A stretch of 64,000 nucleotides of DNA from Candidatus Latescibacterota bacterium (GTDB taxonomy: Bacteria > Latescibacterota > UBA2968 > GCA-2709665), in contig OZ242358.1 of the NCBI GenBank assembly GCA_965208835.1, positions 480,001-544,000 on the forward strand, written 5' to 3'. Numbering within the stretch: the first letter of the stretch is position 1; every line of letters begins with the position of its first letter. Shown here piece after piece: positions 28,701 to 37,567 of this stretch. Below the pieces are notes generated by a model. The model had not been told where the DNA came from. It was given only the letters and a program-made list of their open reading frames with translations, and did not search any database. The translations under genes were made by a program, and so were the position numbers.

Positions 28701-30363
28701 TGGCCGCCTTTTCCCTGAAGATATTCCTCCGGCGACCCAGCAATACATCCAGCGACATCACCAGTTCTTCCCGCAACGGATCGATTGGCGGATTTGTGAC
28801 CTGCGCGAATCGCTGCGTAAGGAAGTTGTATAGGAGCTGTGGCCGTTCCGACAACATCGCAAGGGGGGTATCGTCACCCATGGATCCCACGGGTTCCTTG
28901 CCGTCGTTCGCCATAGGTACCAGGACATATTCAATTTCGTCGGCGGTGTATCCGAATGCCACCTGCCTCCTTGCCAGGTCCGTCCGTTCTCCAACCGGCA
29001 TGGGCTCGTTACGGGCTTCCGACTGATCCAAAAAAGCCAGATTGTCCCTGACCCACCGCCTGTAGGGTCGGCGGGCCGCAAAATGAGATTTGATCTCGTC
29101 GTTTTTCAACAACACGCCCCTGCCCGTGTCTACCGCGATCATCTGGCCCGGCCCCAGGCGGCCCTTCTCCACGACCTGGCGGTCGTCGATCTCCAGCATC
29201 CCGACCTCCGAACCCATAACGATCAGACCGCTATCCGTGATTTTGTAACGAGCCGGCCGCAACCCGTTCCGATCCAAAGAGGCGCCCACGACCGTACCGT
29301 CGCTGAACGCGACCGCGGCGGGTCCGTCCCAGGGTTCCATCAGACAGTCGTTATATTCATAAAAGCCACGCAGATCCTTTGGCATGTCGGGTATTTCCCG
29401 ATACGCCTCGGGAATCAGCATCATCATCGCGTGCATCGGATTCCGTCCGGCCACCACGAGCGCTTCGAAGACGTTGTCGAGCATCGCGGAATCACTTCGG
29501 GTCGCGTCGACAATGGGCTTGATTCGATCCAGGTACCGCCCCCAGCCCCTGGATTTGAGCTCCGCTTCGCGCGCACGCATCCAGTTCACATTACCCCGAA
29601 GCGTGTTGATCTCGCCGTTGTGGGCGAGGTATCGAAGCGGCTGCGCCAGAAACCAGTCCGGCAGCGTATTTGTGCTGTATCGCTGGTGAAAGACCGCCAG
29701 CGCGGTATCGAAGTCAGGATTCTGCAGGTCCCGGTAAAACCGCGCAAGCTGCGGCGCCACCATCATTCCTTTATAGACGATGGTCCGGTTGGACAGCGAG
29801 CAGATATAACATCCCTCTATTCCGTGCCGCCGCACGGACCGCTCCACCTGACGTCGAACCAGGTAAAGCGCACGCTCGAACTCCGCATCGGACATCCGTT
29901 GGCCCCGGGCGATCAGCACTTGCTGAATGTCGGGCATCAGTTCCGCGGCCCGGTCGCCCAGGACCGTCCGGTCTACCGGTACCGTTCGCCAGCCGATAAG
30001 TACAAGCCCGTAATGGTCCGTTGCTTCGTCGACGATGATCCGGTACCGGTCGTTCGTCACCTTGTCCTGCGACAGGAACAGCATGCCGATGGCCAGATCC
30101 TCGGCGCGCAGCCCGCCGTATCCCAGTCTCTCCGCCTCCCTCACGATCAACCGTCCGGGAATCTGTGTGAGCACACCGGCCCCGTCGCCGGTTTTCGCAT
30201 CCGCGTCCATCGCGCCCCGATGGGTCAGATTGGCCAGCCCGAGCACCGCATGGCGCATGATTTCGCTGTTACGGTTGCCCCGGATATCCGCGACAAAGCC
30301 CACGCCGCAGGCATCGTGCTCGAATTCGGGCCGGTACAGCCCGGTTTTGGTGGTTGCTTGCAT
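25753..30363 (-). CDS. gltB: Glutamate synthase large subunit
   Basis: EHDACGVG, HQRYSTNT, HNGEIN, IKQVASGRFG, KPGEGG and CHLNTCP motifs. Confidence 0.97.
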   Translation of the reverse strand: MQATTKTGLYRPEFEHDACGVGFVADIRGNRNSEIMRHAVLGLANLTHRGAMDADAKTGDGAGVLTQIPGRLIVREAERLGYGGLRAEDLAIGMLFLSQDKVTNDRYRIIVDEATDHYGLVLIGWRTVPVDRTVLGDRAAELMPDIQQVLIARGQRMSDAEFERALYLVRRQVERSVRRHGIEGCYICSLSNRTIVYKGMMVAPQLARFYRDLQNPDFDTALAVFHQRYSTNTLPDWFLAQPLRYLAHNGEINTLRGNVNWMRAREAELKSRGWGRYLDRIKPIVDATRSDSAMLDNVFEALVVAGRNPMHAMMMLIPEAYREIPDMPKDLRGFYEYNDCLMEPWDGPAAVAFSDGTVVGASLDRNGLRPARYKITDSGLIVMGSEVGMLEIDDRQVVEKGRLGPGQMIAVDTGRGVLLKNDEIKSHFAARRPYRRWVRDNLAFLDQSEARNEPMPVGERTDLARRQVAFGYTADEIEYVLVPMANDGKEPVGSMGDDTPLAMLSERPQLLYNFLTQRFAQVTNPPIDPLREELVMSLDVLLGRRRNIFREKAANARLIRIPSPVLLDSEFRRLSSSGLPGFESEKLPALFNPSEGVEGLRTALDRMCLQASRAVESGRALLVLSDRGVDSNHAPIPMLLAVGAVHHHLIREGKRMQASLIVESGEPREVHHIAALIGYGASAVNPYLVYEGLYELIRTGDLEGEITYAKALDNYRRALEAGILKVICKMGISTLSSYCGAQIFDAVGLHPDVVDRYFSGTVSQVGGIGLAEIADDAADRHRLAFQPEESPAMTDAGIYRFRRDGEFHAFNPPVFKAIRNVANSGNYDDFTAYSRLVEGRPAASLRDLMTFQKGPSVPIEEVEPTEAICRRFVSSAMSHGALSREAHETLAIALNRLGAKSNSGEGGEDPARYRRLPNGDRPNSAIKQVASGRFGVTPEYLASAKELEIKMAQGSKPGEGGQLPGHKVSAEIALIRHSVPGVTLISPPPHHDIYSIEDIAQLIYDLKRVNPRAKVCVKLVSVAGIGTIAAGVVKGYADVVHISGHDGGTGASPLGAIKHSGGPWELGLAEVQQTLVMNDLRGRVVLRVDGGLKTARDVVVAAALGAEEYGFGTAALVAMGCVMARQCHLNTCPVGVATQKPELRGKFNGSPENVVRYFTNLAGEVREVIAGLGYRSIESLIGRPEILESSVDPKKHRWRGIDLGGLLADPDSAGTRPRLHTRERNDRPDASIDDLLLQDAMDAIKEDSSITLSYDIQNTRRAVGAKLAGEIAFHYGDGGLDSTIECRFRGSAGQSFGAFCIRGLRLVLTGEANDYVGKGMHGGELIVRPPGNAGFPSHRNAIVGNTVMYGATGGVLYAAGVAGERFCVRNSGGRAVVEGVGDHGCEYMTDGVVIVLGGTGRNFGAGMTGGVAYVLDEEGSFESRYNPQLVRIHRINQADDVGLLKKMIGRHLENTNSRRASDIIARWEKFLPKFWKVTPDAPDLGDELVIPDRYRETHRETRRHKAQDQREKRTSEIAEGDPVHARMRASGGSGGE

Positions 30364-30456
30364 TAACGCCTTCGTCCTTCCGTGTCAAATTCGTTTTGGG
30401 TCAAATACTGCTTCTGCTCCCCATATACTTTAGGAGAGGGTGTTGGTGTAGAGGTT

Positions 30457-30635
30457 CCTAAAAGGCGGTGAGCGGGTAGACGGTAGACGGTAGAAAAAAT
30501 GCGGGGAGACGGAAGAGGTGAGACGGTAGAAGAGATCCTTGCCATGTATGTTTTCCCTCCTTGCCTCCGGCACGAGAAGAAACCTCGCAAGGCAGGCAAT
30601 CTCTCCCGTTTTGCGTCTCCCCTCTCCCCGTCTTC
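30457..30635 (+). repeat. Heptamer-flanked hairpin element, copy 1
   Basis: AGACGGT-type heptamer arms around the core CTTGCCTCCGGCA; shared with the 37.4 kb and 50.9 kb copies. Confidence 0.75.
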
Positions 30636-30722
30636 AGGTTGTTCCAAATTCAAAATGCCAGGATCGGCAGGATCCTGGCATTTTCTCCACGTCGTATGAA
30701 CGAGCGAAGAGTTCGAAACGCC

Positions 30723-30986
30723 CTACTCGAAAGCCTTCGCATTGATTTCGATATATTCCTTCCACTCATCAGGTGTATCGTCTTCTTCAAAAATCGCCTC
30801 GACCGGGCACTCGGGTTCGCAGGCCCCGCAATCGATGCACTCATCCGGGTGGATGTAGAGCATCTGGCGTTGCTCGTCCTCCGGCAGATTGGTTGCATCG
30901 GGCTCGTAAATGCAGTCGACCGGGCAGACTTCCACGCATGCCCTGTCCATTACGTCGATGCATGGCTCGGCGATAATGTACGTCAT
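30723..30986 (-). CDS. Ferredoxin (7Fe, FdxA-like)
   Basis: MTYIIAEPC...[10 protein letters not shown]...[12 protein letters not shown]. Confidence 0.93.
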   Translation of the reverse strand: MTYIIAEPCIDVMDRACVEVCPVDCIYEPDATNLPEDEQRQMLYIHPDECIDCGACEPECPVEAIFEEDDTPDEWKEYIEINAKAFE

Positions 30987-31176
30987 TCTGTTCACCCCTT
31001 TCCTTGTGTCTGTCTATACATCCTTCATCTTAGAACATTGACTTCGTGAAATCAAAGCCGACTGAATACAGACGGATATGGCAAACCATCACGAAGTCCA
31101 CGTCACTGCCACCCGATCCCGCGTCAATCTCATTCGAAATATAGAACTTTCTTTCCTTTTGTCAAGGCACAAAAAG

Positions 31177-31758
31177 CTAAGAATCCCCTTTGATATTCCG
31201 CAGCAGATCAGAGGCGCTTTTCCGGCTGTCCGAACGAATTCTGACGGTGAATCGCTGTCCGGGATCCGGATCGCGAGCGATGGAAATCGCGTCGCCATCG
31301 TATAGTCTGCCAATCACGCGGTCCAGGTCCGCCCGAACGGCCGCGAGCGTCTCTTCCGAATTGGGGGCCAGCAGCCGGTCGTTCAATGCGATCAGGACTT
31401 CATCCGTCCTGAATCTCGCGGCGCCTGCCAATATGGAGTTCCCTTCGAGCTTGCGGCACGCCTTCAATGCAAAGACAAGCGCCATCCGCAGCCGGTCCGC
31501 GAAATTTCCGCCGGACGGCTGCTTGCGGTCGTACAGGAGACCTGCCTTCCCGTCAGTGCGGTCGATACTGTAGTTCGCCTCGTGCCCGACCAGCAGGGTG
31601 ACCGGTCCCCGATGCACGTGGCTGTAGTCCGCGACATCAACGAGCACTTCGTCCGTGGTCTCCGGAATCCAGGTGTTGAAGACCCGGAACCAGGTGTCCG
31701 GAGCCACGTCCTGCCCGCTCTCGAGGTAAAACTTGATCTGAATTCGATACGCGTTCAT
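31177..31758 (-). CDS. Hypothetical protein between the reductase and ferredoxin genes
   Basis: Clean 193-aa ORF in operon context, containing DVADYSHVH.GP. Confidence 0.7.
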   Translation of the reverse strand: MNAYRIQIKFYLESGQDVAPDTWFRVFNTWIPETTDEVLVDVADYSHVHRGPVTLLVGHEANYSIDRTDGKAGLLYDRKQPSGGNFADRLRMALVFALKACRKLEGNSILAGAARFRTDEVLIALNDRLLAPNSEETLAAVRADLDRVIGRLYDGDAISIARDPDPGQRFTVRIRSDSRKSASDLLRNIKGDS

Positions 31759-31801
31759 AGATCAGCCACGCGAAGACCGCTGGGGATTTTAAAACAGCTT
31801 C

Positions 31802-34057
31802 TCAATTGCTGACGACGTTCATCCGCCCGTAGCAGGCGTACGCGGCTTCGATAAAGAGCTGCGTCTCCTCGATGAACCGGTGCGCCAGGTCTTCGCCGTA
31901 GGACTCGACGTTTCGCCTCTGGGCATGGAAGAGATAGTTGGCGAACTTGCCGCGGGTTACCGGGTTGTCGTGCAACAGGCCCGAATCGACGATCCTGGTG
32001 CGAAACTCCGACACGATCGTATCGGGATCTTCCGGGACATCCAGGAACTGGGTCTTGACAAGGGCCTTGGCGGCGTGAACCATCGCGCTGTACGCCTGTT
32101 TATAGGCCGTTTCGTATTGGCCGTTTTCCAGCAGCACCTGGGCCTCGAAGGCCTCGCGCTCGCAACCGGACAGTTCGAACTGAACGAGCGGCACCACCTC
32201 TCCGGCGCACTCGCCCTTCCCCATGTCCCCTGTGGTGAACACCCGGCTGTCTCCCCAGTCCATATAATAGGAGGAGTCGATCTCATAGGGAGGCACGTCG
32301 GTCAGGTCGTCCAGCATGCGTTTCACCTTCACTTTGCCGATACGCCGGATATACTCCTGAAAGCTCTCGTCTCCGGACCGACCCTGAATGTAGCTCTCGC
32401 TGATCCGGGCGACGACGTCGGGGATCCGTTTGGACGGGACCGCCCCCATCGCCAGTCCGAAGGACGCGGCGTTACCGGTCCACTGGCCGCCGAGTACCAC
32501 CTGAAAGTGCGGCACCGTGTAACCGCCCACCTTGCGGCTGATCCCATAGAATCCCAGGTCGGCCACGTGATGCTGCCCGCAGGAGTTGAAGCAGCCGCTG
32601 ATCTTGATGCGCAGCCCTTCCACCGCGGCGTCCATATCCAGCCCCTTTTCGGCCAGGCGCGATCGCATTTCCGCGGCCAGACCGCGGGACGACGCGATGC
32701 CGAGTTTGCAGGTATCCGTTCCGGGGCATGCCGTCACGTCCGCAATCGTCCCGGCGCCGGGTTCATTCAGTCCGATCTCCGCGAGCGCGTTGTAGAGTTC
32801 GGGGAGGTCCGCCTCGCTCACCCAGCGCAGTACGATATTCTGTTCCACCGTGGCGCGGATGGTGTCGTTCACGAAACGTCTTGAAATATCGGCGAGGGCC
32901 CGGGTCTGGTTGGACGTGAGGTCGCCGAGCGGCAGCGTGACCGTAACCACCGCGTAGCCGTCCTGGCGCTGCCGGTATACGTTGGTACGCGCCCATTCTT
33001 CGAAGCCGTCGGCGGCTGCGGCGCCGTTCAGGGGCTGTGCGATCTTCAGCGGCTTCTCATCATAGGCATGGAGATCCGAAAGGAACGCCGTCCACTCGGG
33101 GTCGTCGGGCATCACCTTCCGTTCCTCGTCCACCAGGCGCTTGAACTCTTCCAGGCCCAATTTCGCGATCAGAAACTTCAGCCGCGCACGGGCCCGGTTC
33201 CGCTTTTCGCCGAGCCGGGCGAACACGCGTGAGATCGCCTGCGACACCGGAAGAAGCTCCTCTTCGGGCAGGAATTCCTCAAGCAACTTTGCCTGGTGCG
33301 GTACAGCGCCCAACCCGCCGCCAACGAAGAATCTGAACCCGCGTTCCTCCCTGCCGTCCACGGTCCTCGTAACCGCAATAGCGCCGATGTCGTGCATACT
33401 GGCAAGTCCGCAGGCCTCGTGTTCGCATCCGGAGAAGGCAATTTTGAACTTCCGGCCGAAGTCCTGCGCGTCCTGGTGCCCCAGCAGGAATTTTGAGCAT
33501 GCCCGGGCATAGGGCGTTACGTCGAATGTCTCCGTCCTGCACACGCCCGAGAGAGGGCAGGCCGTCACGTTCCGCACCGTATTGCCGCAGGCTTCACGGG
33601 TTGTGATGCCTACAGACGCCAGGCGATACATCAGATCCGGCGTATCGTCGATATGCACGTAATGCAGCTGGACGTCCTGGCGCGTGGTAATATGCAGGAT
33701 GCAGTCCGAATATTCCTCCGCGAGATCGCCCAGCACATCAAGTTGATCCGCGGTCAGGCCCCCGAACGGGATCTTGATCCGCTGCATCCCGGGCGCGTCC
33801 CACACCGTATCCGGCCCCTTCACCAGGTCGCCGCTCGGAAAATCCAGAGCCTGCGTATTGCTGCCGTCGAACCGTTTGCCGTTATCGTAACGCTGCCCGT
33901 AGACACCCCGGCGCAGGCGGGTCTCGGCGAAAACGGTATCTTCAATCTTGCCCTGCTTCCGCAGCTCGATCTGGGTGGCGAATATATCCACTTCCCGGCC
34001 CATTTCGTCGGGTATGCGATCCGCGAGAACTTCCTTCCAGGTTTTGGATTCAGACAT
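31802..34057 (-). CDS. Ferredoxin-dependent nitrite/sulfite reductase with C-terminal extension
   Basis: HITTRQD, ACGNTVRN, RKFKIAFSGC, ACPGTDTC...SGCFNSCGQH (siroheme/4Fe-4S) motifs. Confidence 0.92.
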   Translation of the reverse strand: MSESKTWKEVLADRIPDEMGREVDIFATQIELRKQGKIEDTVFAETRLRRGVYGQRYDNGKRFDGSNTQALDFPSGDLVKGPDTVWDAPGMQRIKIPFGGLTADQLDVLGDLAEEYSDCILHITTRQDVQLHYVHIDDTPDLMYRLASVGITTREACGNTVRNVTACPLSGVCRTETFDVTPYARACSKFLLGHQDAQDFGRKFKIAFSGCEHEACGLASMHDIGAIAVTRTVDGREERGFRFFVGGGLGAVPHQAKLLEEFLPEEELLPVSQAISRVFARLGEKRNRARARLKFLIAKLGLEEFKRLVDEERKVMPDDPEWTAFLSDLHAYDEKPLKIAQPLNGAAAADGFEEWARTNVYRQRQDGYAVVTVTLPLGDLTSNQTRALADISRRFVNDTIRATVEQNIVLRWVSEADLPELYNALAEIGLNEPGAGTIADVTACPGTDTCKLGIASSRGLAAEMRSRLAEKGLDMDAAVEGLRIKISGCFNSCGQHHVADLGFYGISRKVGGYTVPHFQVVLGGQWTGNAASFGLAMGAVPSKRIPDVVARISESYIQGRSGDESFQEYIRRIGKVKVKRMLDDLTDVPPYEIDSSYYMDWGDSRVFTTGDMGKGECAGEVVPLVQFELSGCEREAFEAQVLLENGQYETAYKQAYSAMVHAAKALVKTQFLDVPEDPDTIVSEFRTRIVDSGLLHDNPVTRGKFANYLFHAQRRNVESYGEDLAHRFIEETQLFIEAAYACYGRMNVVSN

Positions 34058-34255
34058 GGAAATGCCTCCTGGTTCGCGATTGCGAGGACAACGGCATCAA
34101 TCAGGCGGGTAATCTATCGAACTCACCCGGTGAAGTCAACGAAATTATCCGGAACAGGCAGCCGTTCCCATCGGGCAGAACGGGGCCCGGATCTATTCTT
34201 AAGTTTTTCGATCAACAATATAATAAATAATAGAAAGAAAGGGCAGGTCGTCAAC

Positions 34256-34284
34256 AAAAAGCGAGAGACGATCGTCTCTCGCTT
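34256..34284 (-). terminator. Terminator hairpin after moaA
   Basis: Perfect palindrome AAGCGAGAGACGATCGTCTCTCGCTT with a T-run on the minus strand. Confidence 0.65.
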
Positions 34285-34355
34285 CCCGGATTGACGCCCT
34301 CCCCCGCCGTGGACTGCAGGATACGACGTATGAGACCGAATGTGCCAAGTGCGGT

Positions 34356-35378
34356 CTATCCCCCGATCTGGTACATTTCCACCTTGGAGAATGAGGGCAT
34401 TTCCGCGGTCTCGGCCGTCCTTGATTCGGAATACCGGTCCTCCCGGCGCTCCCATATTTCCGAGATCGTCGCCAGAAGATCGTCGTTGCTCGCCCCGTCG
34501 CGCATGGGGTCTCTAAGATCTACGCCCGTGCCGGAAAACAGGCAGGTATACACTTTCCCGTCGGTGGACAGCCTTGCCCGTGTGCAGTCCCCGCAGAACG
34601 GCTGGGTAACGGAGGCGATCACGCCTATTTCCCCGCTTCCGTCGAGATATCGGTACCGCCGCGCGACCTCGCCCGGGTAGTTCGGCGCAACGGCCGTCAC
34701 CGGCATTTCCTCATGGATTCGCTGAACGATTTCCGCCGCGGGAACCACCTGATCCAGGCGCCAGCCGTTGCGGTTGCCAACGTCCATATACTCGATAAAC
34801 CGGACGATATGCCCCGTTCCGTGAAAATGCCTGGCGAGATCCACGACGGTATGGTCGTTCACCCCTCGTTGAACCACCGCGTTGATCTTGAGCGGGGTAA
34901 ACCCCTCCGCTTCCGCCGCACGGATTCCATCAAGCACCTGAGAGACCGGGTACCCTCTCCCGTTCAACAGTTCGAATACGTCCTCGTCCAGGGAATCCAG
35001 GCTGACGGTTATCCTGTGCAGCCCTGCATCCCTGAGTTCCCCGACCGTCCGCGGCAGCAGATAGCCGTTGGTCGTGAGCGTGAGGTCTTCGACGCCGTCG
35101 ATCGCCGCCAGGCGCCTGATCAGCGCCGCGAGTTCCCGCCGAAGAAGGGGCTCCCCGCCCGTGATCCGGACCTTACGCACCCCCAGACCCACGAAAAGCC
35201 GCGTCAGCCGCTCGATTTCCTCGAACGTCAATATCTCCGCTCTGGGCAGGAACGTGTAGTTCTCTCCGAAGACCTCGGCCGGCATACAGTACGGACACCG
35301 GAAATTGCACCGGTCCGTAACCGAAATCCGGAGATCCCTGAGCGGTCTGCCCAATCTGTCTGTCGCCGCGTCCGTCAT
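34356..35378 (-). CDS. moaA: GTP 3',8-cyclase
   Basis: LRISVTDRCNFRCPYCMP, FCGDCTRARL and C-terminal IGG motifs. Confidence 0.97.
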   Translation of the reverse strand: MTDAATDRLGRPLRDLRISVTDRCNFRCPYCMPAEVFGENYTFLPRAEILTFEEIERLTRLFVGLGVRKVRITGGEPLLRRELAALIRRLAAIDGVEDLTLTTNGYLLPRTVGELRDAGLHRITVSLDSLDEDVFELLNGRGYPVSQVLDGIRAAEAEGFTPLKINAVVQRGVNDHTVVDLARHFHGTGHIVRFIEYMDVGNRNGWRLDQVVPAAEIVQRIHEEMPVTAVAPNYPGEVARRYRYLDGSGEIGVIASVTQPFCGDCTRARLSTDGKVYTCLFSGTGVDLRDPMRDGASNDDLLATISEIWERREDRYSESRTAETAEMPSFSKVEMYQIGG

Positions 35379-35393
35379 TACAATAGCCGTTTC

Positions 35394-35975
35394 CTAGTAG
35401 GATTCCGCGCGCGTGACCGCTGTTTCAAACTGCTTCTTGTCGACAATCGCCCCGCGCAGCCGCGCCTCGTACAAGAATGCGCCGTTCAAGTTGGCGCCCC
35501 GCAAATCCGTTCCCCTGAAATCCGTCGCGCCCACCACCGCCGCTTCGAGGTCGGCATTCCTGAAACTCGTCGGCCGCCCCGAGGGATTCGGAAACGACGC
35601 TTGCACCACGCCCAGGCGCGCGCGCTTCAGACTCGCGTCCGTGAAATTGGCGCCGCCGAGTACCGCGCCCGACAGAAACGCATCGTCCATCACCGCGCCG
35701 GCAAGGTTTGCGCCCAGCAGGTCGGCGGCGACCAGATATACCCCGTTCATTTTGGCTCCACTGAGGTCGGCGCCCTTCATGCTCGCGTTGTGAAACCTGG
35801 TTTCCACGAGTCTCGCATCTTTGAACGTGGCGTTGTCCAGTTTCGCCGCTGTGAAATCCACGCCGGAGAGATCCTCTCCACTGAAGTCCATCCCCGAGAG
35901 ATCCTCTCCCGCCAGGTTCCCGGACGATTTCGCCCTGGCGATCAACGCTTCCCTGTCGACAAACGCGGCGCTCAT
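35394..35975 (-). CDS. Pentapeptide repeat protein
   Basis: A(D/N)LxG repeats throughout. Confidence 0.9.
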   Translation of the reverse strand: MSAAFVDREALIARAKSSGNLAGEDLSGMDFSGEDLSGVDFTAAKLDNATFKDARLVETRFHNASMKGADLSGAKMNGVYLVAADLLGANLAGAVMDDAFLSGAVLGGANFTDASLKRARLGVVQASFPNPSGRPTSFRNADLEAAVVGATDFRGTDLRGANLNGAFLYEARLRGAIVDKKQFETAVTRAESY

Positions 35976-36082
35976 CCGTTATCCCTTTTTGAAATCGGCA
36001 ACATTTGGTGGAAATATAACAAACTTGCCATGGCGGTCAACCTGTATCCCCTGAGTTTGAAACCCGCGCCATCCACTCCCGG

Positions 36083-37363
36083 TCAATCCACCACAATCGT
36101 CTCCTTGCGGTCCGGTCCCACGGACACCATGGCAATGGGCGTGCGGCTCAACTCCTGAATTCTGTCCAGGTACCGCCGGGCGTTATCAGGAAGTTCCTCC
36201 ATCCGCCTCGCATCGCTGGTGGGGGTCCGCCAACCCGCCATCGTTTCGTACACGGGCTCACATTCCGCCAGCACCTTCACGTCGCTCGGGAAGTGTTCCA
36301 GCTGCTTTCCACGACATGTATAGTGTGTGCAGATCCGGATCTCCTCCAGGGGATCCAGTATGTCCAGCCGGGTCACCGCGATACCCGACAGACCGTTCAC
36401 CCGCGCGGCGAACCTGAGAATCACGGCATCCAGCCAGCCACATCGCCTGGGCCGGCCCGTGGTCGCCCCGTACTCGTGTCCGATTTCCCGGATCCGGTCT
36501 CCCATGGCGCCGGTAAGTTCGGTTGGAAAGGGTCCGTTACCCACTCGCGTCGTATACGCTTTCACCACCCCCACGACCTCGGAAATCCGGGTGGGTCCGA
36601 TACCCGCGCCGGTACACGCGCCGCCCGCCGTCGTATTCGAAGACGTCACAAAAGGATACGTCCCGTGATCGATATCCAGCAACGTGCCCTGGGAGCCCTC
36701 GAACAGGACGTCCTTGCCCGAGTCGATCATTTCGTTCAGGTACACGGAGGTATCGGTAACGAATGGCGCCAGGCGTTCGCCGAACGCCGTATAGGCCTCG
36801 ATGATCGGCGTTGCGTCCAGCCCATCCTGGCCGTACACGCTTTCGAGTATCTCGTTTTTCTGCCGGACGTTCTCCCGCACTTTGGCAGGAAGCGCGTCCG
36901 CGTCGAACAGGTCTCCCACGCGAATGCCGGACGAGCGGTTGACTTTGTCCTGGTAGCATGGGCCGATGCCCCTCAGCGTGGTCCCGATCGCGCCTTCTCC
37001 GTCCCTTTCCTCGCTGGCCTCTTCGACGCGTTTGTGATACGGCATGACCAGGTGGGTATTCGGACTGACAAACAGCCGGTTCGCGATGGAGACGCCCTTC
37101 GACTCCAGTTCCTCCACCTCGAGGAACAGCGCCTCGGGGTCCATTACCACACCGTTGCCTATCACGCAGGTCTTATCGGGATGCACGATCCCGGCGGGAA
37201 TGAGATGAAACACGAACTCCAGATCGCCGGCCTTGATGGTGTGCCCGGCGTTGGCGCCTCCCTGGAAACGCACCACGACGTCCGAGTCCGCCGTCATAAA
37301 GTCCACCACCTTGGCCTTGCCTTCATCTCCCCACTGGGCCCCGAGCACTACGCGCACGGACAT
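36083..37363 (-). CDS. purA: Adenylosuccinate synthetase
   Basis: GAQWGDEGK, GGANAGHT and TTGRPRRCGW motifs. Confidence 0.98.
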   Translation of the reverse strand: MSVRVVLGAQWGDEGKAKVVDFMTADSDVVVRFQGGANAGHTIKAGDLEFVFHLIPAGIVHPDKTCVIGNGVVMDPEALFLEVEELESKGVSIANRLFVSPNTHLVMPYHKRVEEASEERDGEGAIGTTLRGIGPCYQDKVNRSSGIRVGDLFDADALPAKVRENVRQKNEILESVYGQDGLDATPIIEAYTAFGERLAPFVTDTSVYLNEMIDSGKDVLFEGSQGTLLDIDHGTYPFVTSSNTTAGGACTGAGIGPTRISEVVGVVKAYTTRVGNGPFPTELTGAMGDRIREIGHEYGATTGRPRRCGWLDAVILRFAARVNGLSGIAVTRLDILDPLEEIRICTHYTCRGKQLEHFPSDVKVLAECEPVYETMAGWRTPTSDARRMEELPDNARRYLDRIQELSRTPIAMVSVGPDRKETIVVD

Positions 37364-37381
37364 GATCTATCTCCTCAAAAA

Positions 37382-37566
37382 ATGCGGTTAGACGCAAGAC
37401 GGAAGAGGGTAGAGGACCACACCCCGCCCCGCAACCTGGTGAGACGTAAGACGTGAGACGGGAGAGATCGCATGCCGTAAAGGGTTTCTTCTCATGCCGG
37501 AGGCAAGTCGGAGGAACAAATCGGCAAGGATTTCTTCTCCCGTCTACCCTCTACCGTCTCCCCGCT
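37382..37566 (-). repeat. Heptamer-flanked hairpin element, copy 2 (inverted)
   Basis: Reverse complement contains AGAAGAAATCCTTGCC...CTTGCCTCCGGCATGAGAAGAAACC...GATCTCTCCCGTCT. Confidence 0.75.
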
Positions 37567-37567
37567 C

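Noticed and set aside
30457-30635. Riboswitch upstream of gltB
   Set aside because: The same element occurs near unrelated genes and in both orientations, so it is treated as a repeat.
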